Shown here one piece after another: positions 30,215 to 40,269 of a stretch of 64,000 nucleotides of DNA (its first letter is position 1; every line of letters begins with the position of its first letter). Location of the stretch: contig JAPDJP010000016.1 of assembly GCA_029259055.1 (NCBI GenBank), positions 13,019 through 77,018 on the forward strand, read 5' to 3'. This DNA is from Thermoplasmatota archaeon (lineage in GTDB: Archaea > Thermoplasmatota > E2 > UBA202 > JdFR-43). The notes beneath the pieces are model-generated. The model did no database searches. It was not told where the DNA came from and saw nothing but the letters and a program-made list of their open reading frames with translations. A program made the position numbers and the translations under genes.

Positions 30215-30257
30215 AAAATTAAGAGAAAAATAGTTTTATAATTGTTGATATTAAATT

Positions 30258-32972
30258 GTGAAAGCAAAATTAATAGCATTACTTTTACCTTTAATCTTAA
30301 TTTTTATACCATATAAAGCAAAAGCACAATATTATGAAAAATTAATTTTGAATTTTCCAGAAGAAATGAAATATCAACCCTTAGATATAAAAATAAAATT
30401 TAAAAATGATTGCCATGCCATAAATGAAGAGAAGCATTCCATAAGAGTTTTATATAAGGGGAAAGAAATAGATAGTCAAATTTATAATTTAAAATTTGAA
30501 AATAATTTATTAAAGGAATGTAACATTGTTTTTTTATATCATGGAAAGGGGGAATATTTAATTGAATATGGGGAGGATGTTAAAAAAAAGGATTATAAAG
30601 ATTTTGTAAGTATAGAAGATTCTTTTTATTATGTTGAACCTATTCCTGGATATTTTGCAAAATTGAATTACTATTCAATAAAAGAAAATGGTAGAATAGT
30701 ATTTGGAATATGTCAAGAAGGAAATGTATTAGGAATAGAGATGGCCAACAAAGTAATAAAATTGAAAGATAATTCAACTGAGTTTAAAATGCAAAACTGG
30801 GAACAAATGTTTTCTTTTGCTCTTTTCCAATCCGATTCTGGAACAGATGAAAAAATGGTTAGCAAAAAAATCATTGTTGACGGAAATTTAATGGTCAGAG
30901 TAGTCATTCAATCAATATCAAAAAATAAAAAAATGAGAACACACGCTATTTATACCTACTATTATTCCCCAACTAAAGAGAAAAGATTATTTGTTAAATT
31001 ATATCATGAAGCAGAAAAATCGGAAGAAAATACCACATATGCATACTTGATGTGTGTTAAATCGAGAAGCAAAACAATAGAAGAACTAAATATGGGGGAA
31101 ATCCTCCCGTATATACATCTAAATGGAAGAAACGGAATAGAGGAGTATAGAATGGATACAAATCCAGAAAATAAAGAAAATAAATGGTTAATTTCTTCAA
31201 AGGATAATGTTGTTCTTGGTGAAAGAGGATGGGTATGTATAGATAATAAAAATAAAGCATATGCACTGATTTTTTCGAAAAGCGGCTTACAAGTTAGAGC
31301 GGCGGTTAGAGAGGAGGTAAATATCCCGGGCTTAGAAATAGACGGGGGAGGCGTAAGCGTTGGAGGCAATAACAGAATTTTTGAAGGAGAAATAGAATTT
31401 TTTTATGGAAGCTATGCAAAAGTGAGTAAAGAAGCTAATGCATTTTTCGATTTTTATGACTATAGAAATTTTTATTATGAAGGAAAAGAAGAGAAAGAGG
31501 AAAAAGAAGAAAGGAAAGAATATAATTTGAGCGTGTTTGTAAATAAATTTTCTATACCATTCTCTTCTCACTTATCTGCATTTTTTGGAATAAATATTCC
31601 TCATTTGGAGGCAGAAATATGGAAAGATAAAATGATTGCAAAGACGATTATAAATTTTAGAAAGGCGAAATTCCGTTTGCCAGAAGGAGAATATATAGTA
31701 AAAATTTATTATAATGGAATATTCAGCAGAAAATTTATCGGTTTTAAATATGTGGTTCTTGATGAAGATAAAAAAATAAGAATCAGTTGTACTTTTGAGG
31801 GAGAAATAAAAATTAAGGTAAAAAATGGAACAAAAATAAGAATTTTTCATTCAAATGCCCTTATAGAAGAAAATATTTCTAATGGAGAAGCGATTATTAA
31901 AGTTCCATGCTTTAAAGAATATGAGTTGAAATTGATTTATAAAGGAATTCTTGTTCATGAAGAAAAAATATTCTTATTTTTTAAAGTTGATAAGGAATAC
32001 AAATTTAATACATATGATTTAAAAGTAGATGTAGTTGATAAATTAGGATTACCTATAGGAATAAATATAACGCCTATTTTGTTTGGAAAGGATGCGGTTG
32101 AGGATTATAAAATGTATGGATTTCATTTTAAAGATTTGCCTAAAGGAATTTATAAGTTAATTATTTCATATAAAGGATATAAAATTGAGAGGGAGATAGA
32201 AGTTTATGATGATAAGTTTATAAAAATTTTATTTCCAGCAGAATATAATATTGAAATTAAAACATACGATTCGAGAGGGTTTCCCATAAAAGCAAAATGC
32301 CTCTTTGAGAGAAATGGCATGGAATTTGAAAAAAATATTCTTCCTCCAGCTGAGTATTTAGTTAAGATATATGATAAGCAACTTATAGCCACAAAGAAAA
32401 TTTTTGTATTAGAAAACGAAAGATATGAAATCGTTACCAAAAAATTTTCCCCTTATCCTTATCTCCTTCCTATTGCTGTTTTATCTTCTCATTTTATAAT
32501 TATGAATCTGAGAAATAAAGGAAATAATAATAAAGGAAAAAAGAAATGGATTAAAAAAACTATAATAATTACATTACTATCTACCTCCTTAGTATTCTCA
32601 TGGTGGCACACAACAGAATACTATAACAATGAAAAATCACAAGTTAACTTATATATGCTACCACCAACAATGATCCAGTTCCATTCTTCATATGGAAATA
32701 TTGTTTCATTGCCTTCTATGTTCAGATTTGCTTTATATATTTCTTTACTTTTCCTTATTTTTTCAATTATATTAACAATTAACCAAAAACTTTTTAAATT
32801 CTCTTTTCTCCCCCTATTATTATCATTAATAACTTATGTTATTTCATTAAAGAAATTTACAAGCATAACCGGTGGTGGTATGAACTTTGGGATAGGCTTT
32901 TATTTGGCATTAACATCATTATTTTTAATAATTATAAAGGTGATAATAAATGAAGCTAGAAGAAGCAGTTAA
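30258..32972 (+). CDS. Large exported/membrane protein with beta-sandwich repeats and C-terminal TM bundle
   Basis: Signal peptide; LPxG.Y repeats; about 4-5 C-terminal TM helices. Confidence 0.65.
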   Translation: MKAKLIALLLPLILIFIPYKAKAQYYEKLILNFPEEMKYQPLDIKIKFKNDCHAINEEKHSIRVLYKGKEIDSQIYNLKFENNLLKECNIVFLYHGKGEYLIEYGEDVKKKDYKDFVSIEDSFYYVEPIPGYFAKLNYYSIKENGRIVFGICQEGNVLGIEMANKVIKLKDNSTEFKMQNWEQMFSFALFQSDSGTDEKMVSKKIIVDGNLMVRVVIQSISKNKKMRTHAIYTYYYSPTKEKRLFVKLYHEAEKSEENTTYAYLMCVKSRSKTIEELNMGEILPYIHLNGRNGIEEYRMDTNPENKENKWLISSKDNVVLGERGWVCIDNKNKAYALIFSKSGLQVRAAVREEVNIPGLEIDGGGVSVGGNNRIFEGEIEFFYGSYAKVSKEANAFFDFYDYRNFYYEGKEEKEEKEERKEYNLSVFVNKFSIPFSSHLSAFFGINIPHLEAEIWKDKMIAKTIINFRKAKFRLPEGEYIVKIYYNGIFSRKFIGFKYVVLDEDKKIRISCTFEGEIKIKVKNGTKIRIFHSNALIEENISNGEAIIKVPCFKEYELKLIYKGILVHEEKIFLFFKVDKEYKFNTYDLKVDVVDKLGLPIGINITPILFGKDAVEDYKMYGFHFKDLPKGIYKLIISYKGYKIEREIEVYDDKFIKILFPAEYNIEIKTYDSRGFPIKAKCLFERNGMEFEKNILPPAEYLVKIYDKQLIATKKIFVLENERYEIVTKKFSPYPYLLPIAVLSSHFIIMNLRNKGNNNKGKKKWIKKTIIITLLSTSLVFSWWHTTEYYNNEKSQVNLYMLPPTMIQFHSSYGNIVSLPSMFRFALYISLLFLIFSIILTINQKLFKFSFLPLLLSLITYVISLKKFTSITGGGMNFGIGFYLALTSLFLIIIKVIINEARRSS

Positions 32973-34236
32973 ATATGCTACAGATTTGCTACTTAGCTTG
33001 CCAAAGAAAACAAAAATCAGGATAATAGGACATATAGATGCAGATGGAATTGCATCAGCATCAATTGTTGCGATAGCTTTGGCAAGGGCTGGTTATAGGT
33101 TTCACATCTCAATAAAGAAAACGGAGCCAGACCTTATTAAGGAGATAAAAAAGGAGGATAATGATTTAGTAATATTTGTTGATATAGGAAGCAGTTATTT
33201 AGAGGAAATGAGGGAATTAAAAAATGTGATAGTTTTAGAGCACCATCTTGGGAAAGAGGAAGCACCATCCAATGTTATGTATTTAAATGCAAGATTTTTT
33301 GGATTAGATGGAAGTAAAGAAGCTTGTGGTGCAAGCGTTGCATATGCTTTTGCTTTAGCCTTAGATGAAGAAAATGTAGATTTGTCCCAGCTAGCTATTG
33401 TTGGAATAATAGGAGATAAACAACAGTTCATTGGATATAATAAGAAAATTGTAGAAGATGGGATAGGGAGTGGATTTATTGAAGAAAGAGATGAATATAT
33501 TTTGGTTGGAAAAAGCTTAAAGGAAGCATTAGAAAATTCCTTAGAACCTTATTTTACTGGCTTTTATAAATCATCCGCCTCATTCTTAGATAAATTAGGT
33601 ATACAGCCCCAAAAAAAATTTGAAGAATTGGAAGATGAAGACAGAAGAAAATTATTATCCGCCTTAACTTTAAAGTTATTGGAACAAGATGTAGATGAAA
33701 TTGCTTGGAGGAAAAGAATATACTATGGGAAAAATTATGGAAATTTATATGATATTTCATCAAAACTTAATGCTTGTGCAAGATTAAATGAAGCTGGTGT
33801 TGGAATAGCAATATGTTTAGGAGATAAAAAAGCTATTGATGTAGCTCATGTCATACAGGAAAAGTATAGGGATGAGATAAGGAAGGAAATGAGAGAAATG
33901 GAAAAAAAAGAACCATATGAAAAAAACAATTTCATCTATTTTTATACTGATAAGGCTCCATTAGCGGGTGTGCTTGCTGGACTTGCTTTAAAGTATTTGC
34001 CAAATTTTAAGAAAGATAAGCCAATTTTGGCTCTTTCATATAATGAATTTATCGATGTTTCGGCAAGAGCAGATGATAAAATGGTAGAAAATGGGGTTAA
34101 TCTTGGAGAAGCTTTGAAGCTGGCAGCAGAAAAAGTTGGGGGAATAGGAGGGGGACACCCAGTTGCAGCGGGAGCTAAAATAAGGAAAGATAAGGAAGAG
34201 GAGTTTTTAGAAGAAGTGGATAAGTTGCTAAAATGA
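32950..34236 (+). CDS. RecJ/Cdc45-like DHH-DHHA1 protein
   Basis: HIDADG, DIGS, EHH (DHH variant), GIIGD, SAR, GGGHPVAAGA. Confidence 0.85.
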   Translation: MKLEEAVKYATDLLLSLPKKTKIRIIGHIDADGIASASIVAIALARAGYRFHISIKKTEPDLIKEIKKEDNDLVIFVDIGSSYLEEMRELKNVIVLEHHLGKEEAPSNVMYLNARFFGLDGSKEACGASVAYAFALALDEENVDLSQLAIVGIIGDKQQFIGYNKKIVEDGIGSGFIEERDEYILVGKSLKEALENSLEPYFTGFYKSSASFLDKLGIQPQKKFEELEDEDRRKLLSALTLKLLEQDVDEIAWRKRIYYGKNYGNLYDISSKLNACARLNEAGVGIAICLGDKKAIDVAHVIQEKYRDEIRKEMREMEKKEPYEKNNFIYFYTDKAPLAGVLAGLALKYLPNFKKDKPILALSYNEFIDVSARADDKMVENGVNLGEALKLAAEKVGGIGGGHPVAAGAKIRKDKEEEFLEEVDKLLK

Positions 34237-36194
34237 AGGAATTAATAATATGTGAGAAGAACATTGCAGCTAGAAGAATTGCATATATACTTTCAAATGG
34301 AAAATTAAAACAAGGTAGGATATATGGTATACCATACTATTATTTTAATGATTCTGTTGTTATTGGATTAAAAGGACATATTAAAAAATTGGATTTTCCG
34401 AAAGAATATTCGAGATGGACAGATATAACACCAAAAGAACTTATTGATGTAAAGCCTATTAAAAAATTAATAGATAGAAAAATAGCAATGGCGGTAAAAA
34501 ATTTGGCCAAAGATGCTACTCGAGTAATTATTGCAACAGATTATGATAGGGAAGGAGAGTTAATTGGGGTGGAAATTTTAGACCTATTGCCAAAAAATAT
34601 TGAAATAAAAAGAGCAAAGTTTAGCTCAATAACTCCTATAGAAATAAAAAAAGCATTCGAAAATTTGGAGGAGGTTGATTATAATTTGGCTAAATCGGCA
34701 GAAGCAAGACAATATATAGATTTAATCTGGGGTGCCAGCCTAACAAGATTTATTTCTCTTGCATCAGAACAATTAGGAAAGGATTTTTTATCTGTTGGAA
34801 GGGTGCAATCACCAACATTGGCATTGATTGTTGAGAGGGAGAAAGAAATAAAGGAATTTGTTCCTAAGCCTTTTTGGAAAATAAAAGTAAAGTTTGAAAA
34901 GGACGGTAAAGAATTTTTTGCAGAATATCCAGATAAAATATGGGAAGAAAATAAGGCAAAAGAAATATATGAAAAATTAAAGGAAAGAAATAAAGGAATT
35001 GTTGAAAATTTTGATAAAAAATTAAAAGAGGATTTACCTCCACATCCATTTGATACAACAACGTTTTTGAAAGAAGCATCATCTATAGGATTTTCAGCTC
35101 CTCAAGCAATGAAAATTGCGGAGGAACTTTATATGAATGGATTGATTTCATATCCTAGAACAGATAATACTGTATATCCCTCCCTCCCCTTCAAAAACAT
35201 TCTCAAAAAAATTGAAAAAATTTTTCCTAAAGAAGTAAAAGAAGTTTTCAAAATGTTAAGGGAGAAACCAGTGAGAGGGAAGAAATTTAGCAAAGACCAT
35301 CCTCCCATCCATCCAGTTGATGCAAGAGAGATTAATGGAGCCCATTTGAAAATTTACGAGTTAATAGCAAGAAGATTTATGGCAACATTATGCAAGAATG
35401 ATGTATTAGAGATAAAAAAAGCAGAAATAAATGTTAATGGAATAAAATTGGTTGCAAATGGTATAGTTATAAAAGAAAAAAATTGGAGGAAAGTGTATCC
35501 ATCTAAAGTTGAGGAAAAATTCTTGCCAGATTTAAAGGAAAAAGAAGAAATTAATATTGTTGAAATTAAAAAAATAAGAGGGGAAACAAAACCACCAAAA
35601 AGATATACACAAGGTAGTTTAATTGTAGAGATGGAGAAACTCGGATTAGGAACAAAATCGACAAGGCATGAAATAATAGGGAAACTATATCAAAGAAATT
35701 ATATAAGAGGAAAAAAAATAGTTGCTACGCCTTCCGCCTTTGCCGTTGTTAATGCGTTAAGGAGGGGCGCCGAAATAATAACAAAGCCGGATATGACTTC
35801 ATTGCTTGAAAAAGAAATGGATAGAATTGCTGAAGGAAAAAAGGAATTTGAAGAAGTTGTGGAGGAATCGAAAGAAATTTTGAAGAAAGCTTTTGAAATT
35901 TTAGAAAAAAATGAAGAGAAAATAGGAGCAGAAATTAAAGAAGCAATGAACAAGCAAAATTATTTTGGGAAATGTAATAGATGTGGAAGTGATTTAGTTT
36001 TATTAAAATCTTCTAAGGGAAAGAGATTTATTGGCTGTTCAAATTTTCCAAAATGTCAGAATAGCTATCCCTTACCCCAAAAAGGAAATGTTGTTTTTGA
36101 GGGAGATTATTGTAAAAAATGTGGTGCGCCAGTAATAACTATTATTTATAAGGGAAAAAAATGGAAAAAATGTGTTAATATGAATTGTGGTTAA
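34233..36194 (+). CDS. topA: Type IA DNA topoisomerase with C-terminal Zn ribbons
   Basis: [46 protein letters not shown]. Confidence 0.96.
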   Translation: MKELIICEKNIAARRIAYILSNGKLKQGRIYGIPYYYFNDSVVIGLKGHIKKLDFPKEYSRWTDITPKELIDVKPIKKLIDRKIAMAVKNLAKDATRVIIATDYDREGELIGVEILDLLPKNIEIKRAKFSSITPIEIKKAFENLEEVDYNLAKSAEARQYIDLIWGASLTRFISLASEQLGKDFLSVGRVQSPTLALIVEREKEIKEFVPKPFWKIKVKFEKDGKEFFAEYPDKIWEENKAKEIYEKLKERNKGIVENFDKKLKEDLPPHPFDTTTFLKEASSIGFSAPQAMKIAEELYMNGLISYPRTDNTVYPSLPFKNILKKIEKIFPKEVKEVFKMLREKPVRGKKFSKDHPPIHPVDAREINGAHLKIYELIARRFMATLCKNDVLEIKKAEINVNGIKLVANGIVIKEKNWRKVYPSKVEEKFLPDLKEKEEINIVEIKKIRGETKPPKRYTQGSLIVEMEKLGLGTKSTRHEIIGKLYQRNYIRGKKIVATPSAFAVVNALRRGAEIITKPDMTSLLEKEMDRIAEGKKEFEEVVEESKEILKKAFEILEKNEEKIGAEIKEAMNKQNYFGKCNRCGSDLVLLKSSKGKRFIGCSNFPKCQNSYPLPQKGNVVFEGDYCKKCGAPVITIIYKGKKWKKCVNMNCG

Positions 36195-36337
36195 GCTTTC
36201 CTTTCCCTTGATTTCGGTCTAAGTCTTTTAGAACCGCATCTCCTACACTTATCTGCCCCAATAGGATTGCGAGCATTACAATTCATGCAAATCAATTTGT
36301 TCAATAATCTTGCTTCTGCTTCTGGAAATCTTGCCAT
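36191..36337 (-). CDS. rpl40e: 50S ribosomal protein L40e (absent from the ORF track)
   Basis: [48 protein letters not shown]. Confidence 0.95.
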   Translation of the reverse strand: MARFPEAEARLLNKLICMNCNARNPIGADKCRRCGSKRLRPKSRERKA

Positions 36338-36457
36338 GCTGTTATAACAGCTTTATTTATAAATTTGTTGCGTAAATTCAGTCTTTATATCCACTATTAT
36401 ATTACTACAATCAATTATTACAACAAAATAAAAATAAATAGAAAATAAATTACCAGC

Positions 36458-37324
36458 ATGTTCCAAAAATGGAAGGAAAAGGTAATTGTAAATGGAATAG
36501 AAAAAGAAATAGAGATAAGAAAAGATGGATATTGGCAAAGAAGGTGTAGAATAATTCAAAGAGCTGGCTTGGAATTAACAAAGGAAGAAGATTTTTCAGA
36601 TTTAATAAATAAAGAATGCATATTCTGTCAACCAGAAAAGTTGGCAAAATTCGATTTCGGAATGCTTGAAAATGAGGTTGCTTTCTTATTTCCAAATATT
36701 AATCCATATGCTGAATATAGTAGCGTGTGTGCATTTAAAAAACATTTTATTAAGCCAAATGAATTTACAGCTTTACTAATACAAAAAAATCTCGAATTAT
36801 GCATTGAATATATAAAGAAAATAGAGGCAGAATATATTTCAATAAACTGGAATTATTTGATGCCCGCTGGCGCCAGCATTTTGCATCCCCACCTACAAGT
36901 TGTAGGAAGCAATTATCCCACAACATATATGGAAAAAATTGAGAATATAAGGTTTGAAGAATATGTTAAAAAAGAAATCGAGAGTGAGAGATATGTTGGG
37001 AGAATAGGAAATATTGAAATCTTTACCCCATTTGTTCCTTTTGGTTTTAATGAAATTGTTGGCGTAGCTAAAGGTAATATTTTTAAAGAATATAGGAGCA
37101 TAGCGGAAGCATTAGAAAAAATAATAGCATTTTATGCAAGTATTGGAAGAAATTCTTTTAATATAAGTATCTATACCAATCCATTACATTTTAGATGCAT
37201 AACTAGGCAGAACATGGTAAAGTATTATAGAAATGATGCAATGTTTTTCGAAAGACTGCATAATGAAATCATTTTAGAAAAGAAACCAGAGGAAGTGGCA
37301 AGAGAATTTAAAGATTTTTTATAA
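36458..37324 (+). CDS. GalT-like HIT-superfamily nucleotidyltransferase
   Basis: CIFC, FPNINPY, AGASILHPHLQ (HxHxQ). Confidence 0.8.
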   Translation: MFQKWKEKVIVNGIEKEIEIRKDGYWQRRCRIIQRAGLELTKEEDFSDLINKECIFCQPEKLAKFDFGMLENEVAFLFPNINPYAEYSSVCAFKKHFIKPNEFTALLIQKNLELCIEYIKKIEAEYISINWNYLMPAGASILHPHLQVVGSNYPTTYMEKIENIRFEEYVKKEIESERYVGRIGNIEIFTPFVPFGFNEIVGVAKGNIFKEYRSIAEALEKIIAFYASIGRNSFNISIYTNPLHFRCITRQNMVKYYRNDAMFFERLHNEIILEKKPEEVAREFKDFL

Positions 37325-38765
37325 CCCTAACTGGCTTCAGTCCTTTCCATTCAATCTTATAACCCATATAATCAAGAGCCTTACTTGTTAAACCATACTT
37401 CCTCAAAATTTTTTCTACATCTCCGTACTCTCTTTCTATTCCAATTTCTTTTTCAATGTTTTCTAAAAATTTTTTTGATACAATTTTATCACCAATAACA
37501 AAATAATTTGGTATTTTCAATCTCTTTACTGTTTCTATTGAGATTCCCAATTCCTTTGCCTTTTTATCTATTGAAATAATATCTTCCTTTAATTCAATTT
37601 TTCCTATCTTTTTCATTTCTTCCTCAATATGTTTTTCCTCGATTTCCCTCAAAATTTTTATTATAGGTTTAATAGGGATTCTATTATTGTAAAAAATAAC
37701 TTCTGCTTCAAAATCTTCTTTTTGACAGCTTAAATTTTGATTAACTACTATACTTATGTTGGCTTTAGCTTTTTTTAATTTCGATATCTTTTTCTTCAAA
37801 TATTCGGGGGTCCAGAAACCAACGATCTCCAAATAATGTTCCATACCATTTTTATAAAAACCAAAATCAGGAATGATAACATAATTTCCCGCTTTTATTA
37901 TTGTCGGCTCCCTTCTAATTTCCCAACCAGTGTTGGCTGATTTAAAATCATTATAAAATTTTTCTTCTACTTGACTATCAAAATGAATAATTGGTTCAAC
38001 GTGAGCAGGCAATAAAATATTATCATGGGAAGTTATCTCGAAGTCATATATTCTTGGTTCCTTTCCTCTCGTCTCAATTTTTGCCCTAATCTTCCACTTA
38101 TTAGCATTTATTATAGAAGGAATTAATTTTGCAATAGACGTGCCATATTTTCTTGTCTTTTTGAAAAGAGAAGCTGGTCCGGTAACTTTTATCTCATTAT
38201 CTTCAATTTCATACATTAAACCAAGATATTTTATTCTCCTGAATATTTGTTGATAATTTCCTTCTACAGTAAAATTCAATTCCAAGGCATCAAATAATAA
38301 TGTTTGTGTTATGGATAAATTATAATTTTTGATTAAATTTATTGGAGGAAAAGGATAAAATTTCTTTATTATTTGCTCTTCCCTTAAATCAGAAAAAATT
38401 GCTTCTTCAATTTCTTTTTTACTAACTTTAAAAAATCTTTCTGCTTCTTCTAAAATTTTCTCCCTTTCATAATCATCAACGACAAATCCTCTATCAAATA
38501 AAAATTTTCTAATTTCTTTTCCGTTTAAATTCGTCTTTTTCTCGAATTCGCATCTCCTTTCTAATAAAATTGCTAATCCTCTCACTATCTTATAATTATA
38601 ATTATTTTCGATATTTTCAAGTTCTTCCTGTAATTCCTTATATTTTCTTCCTTCATATTTCTTAAAAATCTCTATTAGTTCCTCGGCTAATTTTGTATCC
38701 TGTAAATATTTAGGCTTTATGAAACCTTTTCTTTTAATAGTAACAAGCAAATCTTTTGGTAACAT
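37308..38765 (-). CDS. bax1: Bax1 / DUF790 endonuclease
   Basis: GPASLF..TRKYG, FDSQVE..F, REP, PDF, EIVGFWTPEYL; downstream of XPB. Confidence 0.9.
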   Translation of the reverse strand: MLPKDLLVTIKRKGFIKPKYLQDTKLAEELIEIFKKYEGRKYKELQEELENIENNYNYKIVRGLAILLERRCEFEKKTNLNGKEIRKFLFDRGFVVDDYEREKILEEAERFFKVSKKEIEEAIFSDLREEQIIKKFYPFPPINLIKNYNLSITQTLLFDALELNFTVEGNYQQIFRRIKYLGLMYEIEDNEIKVTGPASLFKKTRKYGTSIAKLIPSIINANKWKIRAKIETRGKEPRIYDFEITSHDNILLPAHVEPIIHFDSQVEEKFYNDFKSANTGWEIRREPTIIKAGNYVIIPDFGFYKNGMEHYLEIVGFWTPEYLKKKISKLKKAKANISIVVNQNLSCQKEDFEAEVIFYNNRIPIKPIIKILREIEEKHIEEEMKKIGKIELKEDIISIDKKAKELGISIETVKRLKIPNYFVIGDKIVSKKFLENIEKEIGIEREYGDVEKILRKYGLTSKALDYMGYKIEWKGLKPVRVIKNL

Positions 38766-38766
38766 A

Positions 38767-40095
38767 TTATCTAATTTTCCTTCTATATGAAGTTCTTACT
38801 TCCTTTGTTCCTTTTGTTACCAACTCATATAATACTGCTTTTTTTCCCTCCCTCGGCCTTAACAATCTGCCCAATCTTTGTATGTATTCTCTTCCGCTTC
38901 CAGTTCCACTCACAATAATTCCAACATTTGCTTCAGGAACATCAATTCCTTCATCCAATACTTGAGAAGAGACTATTGCGGAATATTTTCCTTCCTTAAA
39001 CTTTTTTAATATTTCTTCCCTTTCCTTATCATCTGTTCTGTATGTTATACAAGGAATAAAGAACTTTTTGGATATTTCATAAACCATGTCATTATATCTG
39101 GTAAAAATTATTATTCGGCTTTTTTTATTTTCCCTTAATATTTTTCTCAGCATTTCTAACTTACCTTTCGAATTATATGCAATTTTTTCAGCTTTATTTC
39201 TAGCTAAAATGGCTTCCCTTGCTTCTTTATCGTATCCAGCTCTCATTACAACCTTCTCGAAATCTTGAGGGCCCTTCATTTCGATTCCTCTTGATATAAT
39301 ATAATTCCTGAAAATTTTGTAATGTTTTTCATATTCCTTTTTTTCTTCTTCGGTTAATTCTACGCCTATTTTTATTATTTCATATTCTGCCAAATATTTA
39401 CCAGCGAGTTCATCCGCTTTTATTTCATAGACTTTTCCTCCTATTAGGCGGGGCAGGTCTTCATGTAATCCATCTTCCCTTTCATAAGTAGCTGTTAATC
39501 CTAGCCGATATGGAGAAGCGAACATTTCCGCAATTTGGCGATAAGCTTCTGCTGGTAGATGATGCACCTCATCGAAAATCAACAATTTAAATCTATTGCC
39601 CAAATTCTCTGCATTTATATATGCTGAATCATATGTTGATACAGTAATTGCTTGCAAATTTTTTCTTTCCCCTGTATATTCCCCTATTTCGATTCCAAAG
39701 GATTCTGCAAGTTTTTCCTTCCACTGTTTTACTAAATCAAGAGTTGGAACGACAATAAATGTTGGTGAATTTATTTTCTCTATTATCTTAATGGCAAGAA
39801 ATGTTTTTCCAGAACCGGTTGGCATAACTATAACACCTTTTTTAAATTTAAGCCATCTTTCCATTGCCTCCCTTTGATATTCTCTAAGATTGATATGTGT
39901 AATTAAGCGGGGACATGGAATCAAATTTAAAACCTCGTCTTCATATGGAATTTTTGAATTCTCTAAATACTCAATTATTTCCCTATAATATAAAGCTAAA
40001 GCTCTATAGCATTTACTCCTATAATCCCACTTTGAATACGGGACATTATATTTTCCATATATGAGAATTGTTCCTTTATGATAAGTAAGTTTCAC
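38767..40095 (-). CDS. xpb: XPB/Rad25 SF2 helicase
   Basis: LREYQ, PTGSGKT, DEVHH, GLTATYERED, LDEGIDVP, QRLGR. Confidence 0.93.
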   Translation of the reverse strand: MKLTYHKGTILIYGKYNVPYSKWDYRSKCYRALALYYREIIEYLENSKIPYEDEVLNLIPCPRLITHINLREYQREAMERWLKFKKGVIVMPTGSGKTFLAIKIIEKINSPTFIVVPTLDLVKQWKEKLAESFGIEIGEYTGERKNLQAITVSTYDSAYINAENLGNRFKLLIFDEVHHLPAEAYRQIAEMFASPYRLGLTATYEREDGLHEDLPRLIGGKVYEIKADELAGKYLAEYEIIKIGVELTEEEKKEYEKHYKIFRNYIISRGIEMKGPQDFEKVVMRAGYDKEAREAILARNKAEKIAYNSKGKLEMLRKILRENKKSRIIIFTRYNDMVYEISKKFFIPCITYRTDDKEREEILKKFKEGKYSAIVSSQVLDEGIDVPEANVGIIVSGTGSGREYIQRLGRLLRPREGKKAVLYELVTKGTKEVRTSYRRKIR

Positions 40096-40269
40096 ATTTT
40101 TATTACAACAGTATTTTTTATTTTTTATGGGGGGTGGTGTTTTTATTTTGTTTTATGTTATGTTTTGTTTTATTTTTTATTTTTTTATTTTGTCTTGCTT
40201 TTTTAAAATTCTTTTAAATTCCCAAATTAAATAAAAAGAATTTAAAAATAGAAAGATAATCTTTTCACA

